From NCBI GenBank assembly GCA_964505005.1, contig CAZDFQ010000001.1, positions 114,458 through 178,457 on the forward strand: a stretch of DNA of 64,000 nucleotides. Reading direction: 5' to 3'. Shown one piece after another: positions 9,156 through 18,817 of this stretch. Source of the DNA: an uncultured Candidatus Saccharibacteria bacterium. GTDB taxonomy: Bacteria; Patescibacteriota; Minisyncoccia; UBA6257; 2-01-FULL-56-20. The translations under genes and the position numbers were made by a program. Within the stretch, counting starts at the first letter, position 1; every line of letters starts with the position of its first letter. The notes under the pieces are model-generated. The model ran no database searches and was not told the origin of the DNA. It saw only the letters and a list, made by a program, of their open reading frames with translations.

Positions 9156-10988
9156 CTACGCTACTTCTTGATTGTAGCATTCTTCGCAATACACGATTTC
9201 CGGACGCTCCGGCGCATAAGCGGTCTCGAACTCATTCGGGCAGGGTTCGGCCCCGTGAAAATGTCTCGTAGTATTTTCATAGACGATTTGCGTTTGGCTC
9301 TTGGCGCTTTGCAAGCCTGTGCACATACATTTCCGCTTCTGCAGTTTCATCGGATTCCGGTTTTTCAATCTTTCGGCATAGCGGCAGCTCGGGCACAAGC
9401 GCGGCAGGGGCAAGCCGAATCTTTTGTAGAAATCGAACTCGTTCCTGATGAACCGAAAAGCGCCGCCGCATCTCAAACAGCCGATGGTCTTGGCCAATAA
9501 ACTCTCGTCTGCGTCTTTGATATGGTCAGGTAAATCAACGGCTGGCACAGCAATCCAGAATTCTCTTTTCTTGGGCTCGCGCCAGAAATAGCCCCTGGCT
9601 TCGGCAGCGGCGCGGCTCAACGGATAATAATCCTGGGCCTTGGTCTCGTTATAGGCGAGCGGCGAAAATTCCGGCGGGAAAAACTCCCCATACTTGTAAA
9701 CAATTTCCCTTGTCTCTTGTCCCTTGCCTGCCCCGTTGGAAGCTTGCTTTCCTGCGGGGTTGCTTGTCACTCGTGAAATATAGGGCATTTCATCCATATG
9801 TCTGACAATTTTCTCCCGCAGAGAAAAATATTCATCTTTTGAATACTCTTTATTGAGAATGCAATACTGCTGTTTTTTCAGGCCAACGCAGCCGAAGAGA
9901 TCGGAAGAAGAATGGCAATTTACTGAATACTCCAAGTCGCGGCAGGCCGGCCAGCAATCAAAACAGAATTTTAAATTATGGCAGCTGTCGCCGCAATTCA
10001 CCGACTCATATATTAGTTCAACATTCTCGCCCCAATTGCTGTAATCATAAGAATCCTTAACATATTGGCTAGTATTATGAATGAATTTGGAATTTTCCAC
10101 GCCGCCCACCTCGTAACAATGACGGGCGTTCTTAGACCAATAAACATAGTCGCCGCTGATGTTAACGCAGTCCGGCGTCGAATGGATGTATTTAACCGGA
10201 AAATGCAAACGGAATTCCTCGAATTCTTTTTTTATTTTGAGAAGCGACTGATAAGAGCCAAGGTTAAATTCTTTGAGTTTTTTCTCGTGGTCCTCTTTGG
10301 TGTAGGGCGTGTTGAAAATATGATATTTTTTATGGCTCAAGCTGACGCAGCCAAAGCAATTCTGACAATCAGTACAATCCACTAAAAACCATGAATTCAG
10401 GCAGTCCGCCGCCTCTTCGCTGAAAAATACCTGATAACAATTGTTGACCCGATAGAGCTCATAACACAATTCACTGGAAAGAGTGCAATAAAAATCGAAA
10501 GAGCTGCGCATTCCAACAAACGCCACGCCGTAGGCACAATCTTCGCCATTGCCGGCGTTAAAACAGAGATAACAATTTTTCAAATAAGACGCCTTGTCAG
10601 AATAATCGCTATTTATCAGCCCCCTTATCGAACGCGAGGGCCAAGGCACCGAATAATAAAGTTCTTTGAACTGCTCGAAAAATGGCCGCGAGAAATCGTA
10701 ATCCCGGCCGTAATCCAGGGGATTCCATTTATCCGACCACCAGTAATCGTGCTCGTAAATTTTAAGCGGCGCTTCTTCTGGCCAGCCCGAAAACAACCCC
10801 TTGCCGGTTAAGCTGTCTTTGTTTCGAAAAAGATTATGCTCATTCCAGAAAATCAGCCGGCGCACGGCCCGGCACTCCGGACACCAGGTCGGCGCCGGCA
10901 CGCTCATTCTTTTGTAAAACTGAAAATCATCCGGCTCAATGACGAATTCCGATTTACAGTTTTGACATATTTTGGTTTCTCGAGTCAT
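9156..10988 (-). CDS. Cysteine-rich paralog 1 (610 aa). Zinc-ribbon-like motifs sit at both termini with internal Cys-rich repeats; family and function unknown.
   Basis: N-terminal CQNCKSEF...FYxKxxVPAPTWCPECR. C-terminal ...FxFYxxxxLPLPRLCPSCR...HFHGxxxCPNEFETAYAPERPEIVYCEECYN. Internal repeated NCFGCVxLxxKxYCIxNKxYSKxEY units. It shares all of these with the ORFs at 11183-12958, 13013-14842 and 38711-40489. Confidence 0.7.
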   Translation of the reverse strand: MTRETKICQNCKSEFVIEPDDFQFYKRMSVPAPTWCPECRAVRRLIFWNEHNLFRNKDSLTGKGLFSGWPEEAPLKIYEHDYWWSDKWNPLDYGRDYDFSRPFFEQFKELYYSVPWPSRSIRGLINSDYSDKASYLKNCYLCFNAGNGEDCAYGVAFVGMRSSFDFYCTLSSELCYELYRVNNCYQVFFSEEAADCLNSWFLVDCTDCQNCFGCVSLSHKKYHIFNTPYTKEDHEKKLKEFNLGSYQSLLKIKKEFEEFRLHFPVKYIHSTPDCVNISGDYVYWSKNARHCYEVGGVENSKFIHNTSQYVKDSYDYSNWGENVELIYESVNCGDSCHNLKFCFDCWPACRDLEYSVNCHSSSDLFGCVGLKKQQYCILNKEYSKDEYFSLREKIVRHMDEMPYISRVTSNPAGKQASNGAGKGQETREIVYKYGEFFPPEFSPLAYNETKAQDYYPLSRAAAEARGYFWREPKKREFWIAVPAVDLPDHIKDADESLLAKTIGCLRCGGAFRFIRNEFDFYKRFGLPLPRLCPSCRYAERLKNRNPMKLQKRKCMCTGLQSAKSQTQIVYENTTRHFHGAEPCPNEFETAYAPERPEIVYCEECYNQEVA

Positions 10989-10994
10989 GTTCTA

Positions 10995-11110
10995 CATTTG
11001 GCAGCGAGGAGAAAAGTGAAAATTAACAATTTTCATTTTGGCCGAGCGAACCAAATGAAAAAACGAAGTTTTTCATATTTGGCAGCGAGAAGCAAAATGA
11101 AAAAATGAAG
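10995..11110. repeat. Family A-derived degenerate repeats (two TTTGGCAGCGAG units) upstream of paralog 1.
   Basis: ACATTTGGCAGCGAGGAGAAAAG...TTTTGGCCGAGCGAACCAAATG...ATATTTGGCAGCGAGAAGCAAAATG. Confidence 0.5.
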
Positions 11111-11155
11111 TTTTTTAATTTTTAGCGCTATGTTACGGCCGCTGTTACACAGTTA

Positions 11156-11177
11156 GTGTTATGCTATAGCATAACAC
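11156..11177. repeat. Family C palindrome GTGTTATGC-N4-GCATAACAC (copy 1 of 4), 6 nt 3' of the paralog 2 stop.
   Basis: Other copies at 44425-44452, 48394-48420 and 48594-48614. The loop nucleotides vary while the arms are conserved. Confidence 0.7.
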
Positions 11178-11182
11178 TTTAT

Positions 11183-12958
11183 TCAGATAACTTCTGCGTT
11201 GTAGCATTCCCGGCAATACACGATTTCCGACCGGTCCGGAGCAAAAGCTGCTTCAAATTCATTAGAGCAATGACTGGCGCCGTGAAAATGTTGCGCCTGA
11301 TTTTTATACACGCTGTTTTCGCTTCCTTGTCCCAGGCACTGACATTTTCTTTTCCAGAAGCGCAAAGGATGCGGCTGGTCCTTTAATTTTTCCCGCAAGC
11401 GGCAGAAAAAACACTGGCGCGGCAAAGGGACATTCATCTGCCTGGAGAATGAAAGTTCCTGCGGAATAATGCGAAAGGCGCGGCCGCAGGTCTTACAGCC
11501 GATGGTTTCTTTCAGAATCGACTCGGAAACATCGCGAATGTGGTCAGGAATATCGTCCGCTGGCAAAGTAATCTGATATTCTGTCGGTTCAACATCTTTC
11601 CATTCGTAACCCTGGGCTAAGGCCTCTTCTTTGCTTAAAGGAAAATAAACAAAGGCAAATGATTCGTTGTAAGCCAATGGCGAAAGCTCGAGTGGGAAAA
11701 ATTCGCCGTAGCGATATACCCTCCCTCGCTTATCTTTATAGGGAGCGGCTGACATTTGCTGGATAATCCTCGGCACAAGTTTTTCGTATTCCTCTTTGGA
11801 ATATTGTTTGTTAAGAATGCAATACTGCTTTTCCCGGAGCGAAACGCAGCCGAAAATATTGCTGCAGGCGTCTATACACATCCAGCCATACTGCACCTCG
11901 CGAAGATTGTCATAACAATTGGCCGTAAATTTTATGTTAAAAATATTCAAGCCGCTCATCGCCACTTCGTAAATCAATTCCGCCACGTCTCCCCAGGCAA
12001 AATAATCATAGGCGCTGGCTACCGGCTTTGTTTCAACAAATGAAACATAGCGAGAATCTTCTACGCCTTTCACCTCGAAGCATTTCTGGCAGTTTTTTGA
12101 TTCAAACACCAAAAGCCCGGTTACGTCCTTGGAAAATTCCTGCCAAGATGTTTTCACCGGATATTTCAGCCAGTGTTTTCTGGCTTCTTCTTTAAGCCAA
12201 GTATAAATTTTATACGAGCCGAGGTCCCATTCTTTGAGTTTTTCAAAATATTCCTCCTTAAGATAGGGCTTATTAAAAATGTAGTATTGTTTGTTCCGAA
12301 GATTGGCTGAAGCAAAACAATTCTGGCAGCCCCAGCACTGCCAGAGAAAAGCCGAGTTGTTCGATTCGTTGGTCCAGTTAAGATTCACGCCGCCATAATC
12401 TTTCCAGCAATGAAACAAGTCATAAGAATATTCGCAGGAATCGGCAAAAACAATGTTATAGCAATCTTTTGAACGATTGACAAAATGGCCATAAGCGCAG
12501 TTCTCAATGTAATCCGCTTCAATAAGAAGATAGCAGTTTTTGCCGTGGCCAAAGAGGTTGTTATACGGCGAAGTCGGCGAAAAAACCGGATAATCGGTCC
12601 ACAGCCCAAGGTGCGGTACGCGCCTCATCAGCTCGTCGAGCTGTTCGAAAAACGGTCTGGAAAAATCGTAGTCGCGGCCGTATTCCAGCGGGTCCCAATT
12701 GTCAGACCACCAACAAGAAGTGCAGTAAACCGTGTAGGGCTTATCTGCCGAGTAAACTGAAATGAATTCTTTACCGCACAAATCGCATTTTCTTTTGTAT
12801 AAACTGGCGAAACTGACCTGAGCCATCCGCCGCTGGAGCCGGCACTCCGGACACCAAGTCGGCGCCGGGACTTTTATTTTCTCGTAGAATAAAAAATCCT
12901 CGGGTTCTATTACGAACTCCGATTTGCAATTCTGACAAACCTTCTTTTCTGACTGCAT
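11183..12958 (-). CDS. Cysteine-rich paralog 2 (591 aa), which retains an extra CxxC...CxxC pair near the N-terminus.
   Basis: It has the same N- and C-terminal motifs as paralog 1. A second ribbon, CDLCGKEF...YCTSCWWSDNW, is present where paralog 1 has lost the cysteines. Confidence 0.7.
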   Translation of the reverse strand: MQSEKKVCQNCKSEFVIEPEDFLFYEKIKVPAPTWCPECRLQRRMAQVSFASLYKRKCDLCGKEFISVYSADKPYTVYCTSCWWSDNWDPLEYGRDYDFSRPFFEQLDELMRRVPHLGLWTDYPVFSPTSPYNNLFGHGKNCYLLIEADYIENCAYGHFVNRSKDCYNIVFADSCEYSYDLFHCWKDYGGVNLNWTNESNNSAFLWQCWGCQNCFASANLRNKQYYIFNKPYLKEEYFEKLKEWDLGSYKIYTWLKEEARKHWLKYPVKTSWQEFSKDVTGLLVFESKNCQKCFEVKGVEDSRYVSFVETKPVASAYDYFAWGDVAELIYEVAMSGLNIFNIKFTANCYDNLREVQYGWMCIDACSNIFGCVSLREKQYCILNKQYSKEEYEKLVPRIIQQMSAAPYKDKRGRVYRYGEFFPLELSPLAYNESFAFVYFPLSKEEALAQGYEWKDVEPTEYQITLPADDIPDHIRDVSESILKETIGCKTCGRAFRIIPQELSFSRQMNVPLPRQCFFCRLREKLKDQPHPLRFWKRKCQCLGQGSENSVYKNQAQHFHGASHCSNEFEAAFAPDRSEIVYCRECYNAEVI

Positions 12959-12975
12959 ATTTTTGAAGTCCCTTA

Positions 12976-13000
12976 TTCTACCATTCGCGCGAATTAGAGA
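12976..13000. repeat. Family B palindrome copy (degenerate), 3' of the paralog 3 stop.
   Basis: TTCTACCATTCGCGCGAATTAGAGA. Confidence 0.55.
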
Positions 13001-13012
13001 TAGAGAAAGATA

Positions 13013-14842
13013 TTATACAACTTCAGCATTATAGCAGGCTTCGCAATAAACGATTTCCGGCCTGTCGGGAGCGTAAGATGTTTCAAATTCATTGGGGCAA
13101 TGGTTAGAGCCATGGAAATGCTTAACAGCATTCTGGTAGATTATTTCTTGGTTCTCGCCGGCCCGCGATGAGCTTGTCGAACCTGCGCATTGGCATTTCC
13201 TGTGCCAGAGTTTGAGAGGATTCCTTTGTTTAATTCTCTGATAATGGCGGCAGTTGGGGCAGAAACGGGGCAAAGGCAGATTCATTTTCCGGTAAAACTG
13301 AAGTTCCTGAGGGATAATTTTGAAGGCCGTGGTGCAGCCGGCCGCTTCTTGTTCAAGAGTCAAACCCTTTCGGGCACCGGCGTTGCTGGCGCATTCGATT
13401 ATTTCATCAAGCATGGAATCCTCGACATCCTTTATGCGGTCTGGCAGTTGGTCGGCGGTCATCGTTATTTTGTAATTTCTTTCTTCGGGTTCTTTCCAGC
13501 CGTAGCCCTGTTTCTCTGCTTCTTCTTTAGTCAGAAGAAAATATTCCTGGGCAATGGTTTCGTTATAGGCGAATGGAGAGAGTTCCGGAGGGAAGAATTC
13601 GCCATACTTATAGATTCTGCCTTTTTTATCTATATAAGGCAGAGAATCCATCTGCTCAATGAGGCGAGGCAATAATTTCTCGTATTCTTCTTTAGGGTAT
13701 TGCTTGTTCAGAATGCAGTAGGATTTGTTGCGGAGGCCGATGCAACCGAAAAGATTAGAAGAATTATGACAATTGAAACTATAAAATACATTGTATGAAC
13801 CATAGACAACGCTTGTGCTGATAAGATGATAGCTCTGTCTGTCTCCTGAATCGAAAACTTCGTACATCAATGAACCTAACCCCGCTCCGGGGCCGGCATC
13901 ATATGAATCTTTCAACTGGACGCCTGCCCATTCAAGAAATTTACAATCTTCGGCTCCCTGAGCAATATCAAAACAAAAATGGCAATTTTTAGAATTTTCA
14001 ATATGGTCGCCGGTGACATCTACTGACCTCTGGATAGAGGCATAGCGATGGATGGATTTTTTTAATTCTTCCCGAAAAAGCGCTCTGAATTTTAAAAGGT
14101 TCGAATATCTTCCTAAATCGAATTTCTCGATTTTTTTAAGATATTCCTCCTTTGAATATTGCTGATTAAAAATGCAATAGGATTTATTTCTGAGATTCAC
14201 ACAACCGAAGCAATTTGAACAATTTTTGCAATCGTAAAGAAAAAAGGAATCGGTGCAATTGCCGCAGTCATTACTAAAAAACAACCGATAGGCCTTTTCA
14301 CAAAAGAGGTCATCGTAGCAAAGTTGCGATTCAATGACAGTATAAAGGTCCATTGAGTCCTTAACATAGAGAATACGATTTGAATACATTGTATTCTCGA
14401 TAAAACCCGAGGCAGAAATAAGGTAGCAGTCCTTACTGTCCATAGCCACATTACAATACTCGCTGTTGATGGCATTAGTGTTAGAAAGAGCAATCAGCGG
14501 GAATTTATCCCGAAGCATCCGGAATTGCCGGAAAAATGGCTGAGAAAAATCGTAATCGCAACCGTAATCGAGCGGATTCCACTTATCCGACCACCAATAT
14601 TTTTGGTCGTAAACCGTAAGTTTTTTTTCGGGAGAATAAATAGAAATAATATCATTACCGAAAGCGTCCTTCCGTTTGTAAAGCATCCTTTCGTTCCTGA
14701 AAGCCATTCTCCTTTTAAGTCGGCACTCCGGACACCAAGTCGGCGCCGGAACCTTGATTTTTTCGTAGAACAGAAAATCCGAAGTGTCTATAGCGAATTC
14801 GCTCTGACAATTTTGACAAACTCTTTTTTCAGAAATAGCCAT
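13013..14842 (-). CDS. Cysteine-rich paralog 3. The ATG at 14840-14842 (MAISEKRVCQNC...) is the likely start; the longest ORF extends to 14878 via a TTG.
   Basis: Conserved family motifs are present. The start was chosen by homology with the paralogs, which all begin M-x4-6-CQNC. Confidence 0.65.
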   Translation of the reverse strand: MAISEKRVCQNCQSEFAIDTSDFLFYEKIKVPAPTWCPECRLKRRMAFRNERMLYKRKDAFGNDIISIYSPEKKLTVYDQKYWWSDKWNPLDYGCDYDFSQPFFRQFRMLRDKFPLIALSNTNAINSEYCNVAMDSKDCYLISASGFIENTMYSNRILYVKDSMDLYTVIESQLCYDDLFCEKAYRLFFSNDCGNCTDSFFLYDCKNCSNCFGCVNLRNKSYCIFNQQYSKEEYLKKIEKFDLGRYSNLLKFRALFREELKKSIHRYASIQRSVDVTGDHIENSKNCHFCFDIAQGAEDCKFLEWAGVQLKDSYDAGPGAGLGSLMYEVFDSGDRQSYHLISTSVVYGSYNVFYSFNCHNSSNLFGCIGLRNKSYCILNKQYPKEEYEKLLPRLIEQMDSLPYIDKKGRIYKYGEFFPPELSPFAYNETIAQEYFLLTKEEAEKQGYGWKEPEERNYKITMTADQLPDRIKDVEDSMLDEIIECASNAGARKGLTLEQEAAGCTTAFKIIPQELQFYRKMNLPLPRFCPNCRHYQRIKQRNPLKLWHRKCQCAGSTSSSRAGENQEIIYQNAVKHFHGSNHCPNEFETSYAPDRPEIVYCEACYNAEVV

Positions 14843-14844
14843 AG

Positions 14845-14958
14845 ATTTCAGTACAAATAGAGCGGAGTCCCGCACCAAGCTTTACTTTGGTGCGCGGGTT
14901 CCGGTTCGATAGGGAACTCGATTTTACAATTCTGGCAGGTCCTGCTCTCTGATTCCAT
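14845..14958 (-). pseudogene. Degraded N-terminal fragment of a further Cys-rich paralog (~37 codons).
   Basis: The minus-strand translation is MESESRTCQNCKIEFPIEPEP...AWCGTPLYLY*. It matches the family N-terminus (CQNCKSEFVIEPEDF...PTWCPEC) but carries deletions and a premature stop. Confidence 0.55.
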
Positions 14959-14968
14959 AATTTTATTA

Positions 14969-14994
14969 TTCTCTAATTCGAGCGAATTAGAGAA
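14969..14994. repeat. Family B palindrome copy overlapping the ArsR-family gene stop.
   Basis: TTCTCTAATTCGAGCGAATTAGAGAA, exact. Confidence 0.7.
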
Positions 14995-15256
14995 GAGTCA
15001 AAATATTCTTGGCAGCCACTGGCTTATCGTCTGCCAAACGATAAAACATCTGCAAACTTCTTTGTTCTTTCTCAACAATATCGGCAGCTGCCAGAATCGC
15101 CAGATGTTTGGAGGTCGCTTTGAAAGAAAGATTTATCTCATCAGCGATTTCTCCAACCGGCGCTTCGCGATGTTCTTTGAGATAGCGGAGAATTGCCAAT
15201 CGCCGCCGATTCGCCAAGGCCTTTAATTGTCTCTCCAATTCTTTTTCTTTCATCAA
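14987..15256 (-). CDS. ArsR/SmtB-family HTH transcriptional regulator.
   Basis: LANRRRLAILRYL...VGEIADEINLSFKATSKHLAIL winged-HTH pattern; 89 aa. Confidence 0.7.
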   Translation of the reverse strand: MMKEKELERQLKALANRRRLAILRYLKEHREAPVGEIADEINLSFKATSKHLAILAAADIVEKEQRSLQMFYRLADDKPVAAKNILTLL

Positions 15257-15289
15257 TCAAATTATACTACATTATCCTTAATTCTCTTA

Positions 15290-15315
15290 TTCTCTAATTC
15301 GAGCGAATTAGAGAA
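15290..15315. repeat. Family B palindrome copy 3' of the pgk stop.
   Basis: TTCTCTAATTCGAGCGAATTAGAGAA, exact. Confidence 0.7.
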
Positions 15316-15344
15316 GAAAACTTTTTTGATTTGAATAGAAAAAT

Positions 15345-16439
15345 TTATTTCCGCAAGGCCTCGATCCCCGGCAGTTTTTCACCGGCCAAGAAATCAAGCA
15401 TTGCGCCGCCGCCGGTGGAGATAAAGCTGAATTTTTTGTCTAGGCGGTGTTTTTTTAAAAACATCACGGTTTCGCCGCCGCCGGCCACGGAAAACGCTTT
15501 TTTGTTGACAGCAATGGCTTTGGCAACCGTCAAAGTGCCTTGAGAAAATTTCTTTTTTTCAATCATCCCCAGCGGCCCGCTCCAGATAATGGTTCTGGCC
15601 GGCCTGATTTTTGAGACAAAAATTTTCTCGGTTTTCGGGCCGATATCCAAGATTTGATTTTGGGAGAGTCGATAATCAACCGGCAAAACGAGATTTTTGT
15701 AGCAAGAAACCATTTTCAGCATTTTTTTGTCGGCTTTTTCCGTGTCAATCAGAGATTTTTTTACATCAGCGCCTCTGACCCATAAAAGCGTGTTGGCGGC
15801 CGCGCCGCCGAGCAAAAACCAATCGGCTTTGTTCCTGAAAAATTTCAAAACGCCGAGTTTGTCATGGGCTTTGGCGCCGCCGAGAATAATCACCAGCGGC
15901 TTTTTCGGTCTTCCCATAATATGGGACAGAAACTTTATTTCTTTTTCCAATTCCAAACCAGCATAACTCGGCAGAAATTGAGTTAGGGCAACCACCGAGG
16001 CGTTCTTCCGGTGAGAAACCGCAAAGGCATCATTCACATAAAAATCTCCGAGGGACGCGAGATTTTTGGCAAGCCGCCTATCATTTTCCTCTTCGCCTTT
16101 CAAAAACCGCAGATTTTCCAGAACAAAGATGGATTTTCTCGGACCTGCTTTTATAAATTTTTTTATTTCGGCAAATCTAAAATACGGTATGAAATTAACT
16201 TCCTTTTTTAATAATCTTTGGAGATTTACCGCGTCTTTTTTCAAGCTCAGTCTTTTTTCAAAGCCATTCGGGCGGCCGCGGTGGCTCAAAATAACTATCC
16301 TGTCAGCTTTTCTTAACAGAAACTTTATCGTCGGAATCGCCGCTTCCAGCCGCCATTCATCTTCAGTGTTGAAGTCAAGACGCAAAAGCACAGTGCCCTT
16401 GAGAAGTTCCGGCCGGACTTTGTTTAAAAGTTGGAACAT
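15345..16439 (-). CDS. pgk: Phosphoglycerate kinase.
   Basis: LLRLDFN N-terminal motif, an internal GGGA glycine-rich motif (FLLGGAAANT), C-terminal STGGGAMLDFLAG-type sequence, 364 aa. Confidence 0.8.
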   Translation of the reverse strand: MFQLLNKVRPELLKGTVLLRLDFNTEDEWRLEAAIPTIKFLLRKADRIVILSHRGRPNGFEKRLSLKKDAVNLQRLLKKEVNFIPYFRFAEIKKFIKAGPRKSIFVLENLRFLKGEEENDRRLAKNLASLGDFYVNDAFAVSHRKNASVVALTQFLPSYAGLELEKEIKFLSHIMGRPKKPLVIILGGAKAHDKLGVLKFFRNKADWFLLGGAAANTLLWVRGADVKKSLIDTEKADKKMLKMVSCYKNLVLPVDYRLSQNQILDIGPKTEKIFVSKIRPARTIIWSGPLGMIEKKKFSQGTLTVAKAIAVNKKAFSVAGGGETVMFLKKHRLDKKFSFISTGGGAMLDFLAGEKLPGIEALRK

Positions 16440-16441
16440 CT

Positions 16442-17128
16442 TTATATGTTTTTGATATGCCGGATTCCGACTTCCGGAAATAAAACATGGTCGGGCAAAG
16501 AAACGACATAAGCCACCAGTTCAGCCACTTCTTCTGGCAAAAGGGCCGAATCCCAGTTTCTTTTTATTTTGCTGCTGCGGAAAAGACTGGTTTTCATAAA
16601 GCCGGGGTAAAGGCCGGTTACCCGAATGCCGACTGGAGAAAGCTCCTGCTGAAGCGACTTGGTAAAGCCGGTGATTGCCCATTTCGAGGTGTTATAGACG
16701 CTCCGTTTGGGTTTGGCGTAAAGCCCGGCTTGAGAAATGACATTGATGATAAGGCCGCTCCCCTGCTTTTTCATATAAGGGATAATCTCCCGGGAAAGCA
16801 GCATTACGCCGAGCGTGTTCACTTTCAGAACTTTTTCGATTTCTGCCGGTTGGTTTTTTTCAAGAAACCCTTCAATCCACAGCCCGGCGTTATTTATCAA
16901 ACAATCGATTCGCCGATATTTTCTGACAACCGCCCGGACAATCCTTCTAATATCGGCTGATTTAGAAACATCGCCCACTTGGAAATCGCATTTAAGCGAC
17001 CGCGAGACCGTCTTTAACCTTCTTCTGTCAGGAGAAAAAATAATCACCCGATGAAACGGAGAAAGTTCCCGGGCGATTGCCTCTCCCAAACCGCTGCTGC
17101 CGCCAGAGATTAAAACCACTTTTCCCAT
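16442..17128 (-). CDS. Short-chain dehydrogenase/reductase (SDR).
   Basis: TGxxxGxG (ISGGSSGLGEAIA), NNAG motif, catalytic YxxxK (YNTSK). Confidence 0.7.
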   Translation of the reverse strand: MGKVVLISGGSSGLGEAIARELSPFHRVIIFSPDRRRLKTVSRSLKCDFQVGDVSKSADIRRIVRAVVRKYRRIDCLINNAGLWIEGFLEKNQPAEIEKVLKVNTLGVMLLSREIIPYMKKQGSGLIINVISQAGLYAKPKRSVYNTSKWAITGFTKSLQQELSPVGIRVTGLYPGFMKTSLFRSSKIKRNWDSALLPEEVAELVAYVVSLPDHVLFPEVGIRHIKNI

Positions 17129-17172
17129 AGCTTTAACTTTAATTATAAATAACCCCCTATTATAATCAAAGA

Positions 17173-18480
17173 ATGGAGAAAAAACGCATTGTCATCCTCG
17201 GAGCCGGCTTCGGCGGCCTTCACGCCGCTTTTTTAATATCCAAAAAACTTAAAAAATTGGGGTTGCTTGGAAAATACGAAGTCATTATCGTTGACCGCAA
17301 CGAGCACCAAACCTATACTCCCCTTTTGTATGAAGCCGCAACCACATCCAAAATGACCGCGGACTCGACCGAGCTCCATTCGGTTGTCGCTTACAGCATT
17401 GCCAAACTGATTAGACGGCTGCCGATAAGATTTATCCAATCAGAAGTAAAAGACATCGACATCCCCCAAGGAGAGGTTAAGCTCGCTAATCAAAGAAAAT
17501 TGGCATCTGATTATCTTGTTCTAGCGTTGGGCTCGGAGGCAAACTATTTCAACATCCCGGGATTAAAAGAAAATTCTCTGCCGTTAAAAACATTCATCGA
17601 CGCGCTCAGAATAAGAGATACGATTCTGAACCTGATTGAAGGCGGAGACAATAACTTAAAAATCGTCATCGGCGGCGGCGGCTCGACCGGCGTGGAACTC
17701 GCCGGCGAACTCAAAATGTGGTGCGGCGAGCTGAGCGACGAAGAATATAATAAATGCCGCATTGACATCGCCGTCATCGAAGCAGCACCGACTATCTTGC
17801 CCGAATTTTCTCCGAAAGTAATCTCGTTGGTCAAAAAACGTTTGTCCTCTCTCGGCGTTAATTTAATCGAAGGCCAAACAATCGAAGAAGTCGGGAAAAA
17901 TGTTATGGTTTTGAAAAGTTCTTCGACCGGGTTCGGTGCCAGCGGCAAAAAAATAAATTTCGATATTCTAATTTGGGCCGGCGGCGTCAAGGCCTCGTCC
18001 CTCATTGAAAATCTCCCCTTAAAAACTGAATCGCGAGGCAGATTCGAAGTTGCCGAAAATATGAGGTGTTTGCCAAAAACCCCGGATTTAAAAATTTATC
18101 CCAAGGTCTACGCCATCGGCGACAACGCCTGCGTCTATGACAAAAACAAAAAACCGATTCCCGGCGTGGCCAGAGCGGCAATCAAAGAAGCTGAAATCGC
18201 GGCGCACAACATCATTGAAGAAATAAAAAATTCAGAGTTCAGAAATTGGAAATTAAAAATTAGAAATTACGCGCCGCGCCAATATCCCTATGTCATTCCG
18301 GTGGGCGGCAAATTCGCGGTTGCCGAAATAGGCTCTTTCGTCCTTTCCGGATTTCTCGGCTGGATTTTCAAAGGACTCGTCGAGCTCAATTATCTTTTGT
18401 CAATTATGCCTGTTTGGAAAGCGCTGTTGGTTTGGTTAAAAGGACTAAAGATATTCATCCAGAACGACCGGCTAGGTTAA
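17173..18480 (+). CDS. FAD/NAD(P)-binding oxidoreductase, type II NADH:quinone oxidoreductase-like.
   Basis: Two dinucleotide-binding motifs (ILGAGFGGL and IVIGGGGSTGVELAGEL) and the GD motif AIGD. Confidence 0.65.
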   Translation: MEKKRIVILGAGFGGLHAAFLISKKLKKLGLLGKYEVIIVDRNEHQTYTPLLYEAATTSKMTADSTELHSVVAYSIAKLIRRLPIRFIQSEVKDIDIPQGEVKLANQRKLASDYLVLALGSEANYFNIPGLKENSLPLKTFIDALRIRDTILNLIEGGDNNLKIVIGGGGSTGVELAGELKMWCGELSDEEYNKCRIDIAVIEAAPTILPEFSPKVISLVKKRLSSLGVNLIEGQTIEEVGKNVMVLKSSSTGFGASGKKINFDILIWAGGVKASSLIENLPLKTESRGRFEVAENMRCLPKTPDLKIYPKVYAIGDNACVYDKNKKPIPGVARAAIKEAEIAAHNIIEEIKNSEFRNWKLKIRNYAPRQYPYVIPVGGKFAVAEIGSFVLSGFLGWIFKGLVELNYLLSIMPVWKALLVWLKGLKIFIQNDRLG

Positions 18481-18640
18481 ATAAAAAAATTGACAAAATA
18501 TTACTAATTTATTATTGTTGTTATCGTTCCTTAAAAACTGAATAATCAAAAACTACCGCAGCAAATGGTGCTTAAATGTTTTTGAACATCACTTGTTGCG
18601 GTAGAGCAAGAATACAACCCAACAACCGAGGAGGTGCGAA

Positions 18641-18817
18641 ATGAAGAAATTTCTCAGGCGAGTTTGGCAAGTGTTTTTCTCTCTATTCGCGGAAGCGATA
18701 GAAGAAAGCGTCCGCGAAATAAAGGAGGGTATCTGTGGAATCGTCAAGATGACGAAGGATGTAAAAAGAGAAGTCGCGTCAGCGGGGAAAGCGCGGGGAG
18801 GAGGCAGAAATGCATAG
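18641..18817 (+). CDS. Small hypothetical protein (58 aa) that overlaps the start of the downstream gene. It is below the 60-aa ORF-track cutoff.
   Basis: The RBS GAGGAGG sits 7 nt upstream of the ATG, and the open frame reads MKKFLRRVWQVFFSLFAEAIEES...GGGRNA*. Its stop (TAG 18815-18817) overlaps the ATG at 18810 of the next gene, implying translational coupling, and a 12-bp-stem hairpin precedes it. Confidence 0.35.
   Translation: MKKFLRRVWQVFFSLFAEAIEESVREIKEGICGIVKMTKDVKREVASAGKARGGGRNA

Noticed and set aside
10995-11110. TTGGCAGCGAG units upstream of paralog 1, considered as sigma-54 (-24/-12) promoters.
   Set aside because: TGGCAG is present, but the downstream TTGC(A/T) -12 element is not present at the required spacing. 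The units are better explained as fragments of repeat family A.
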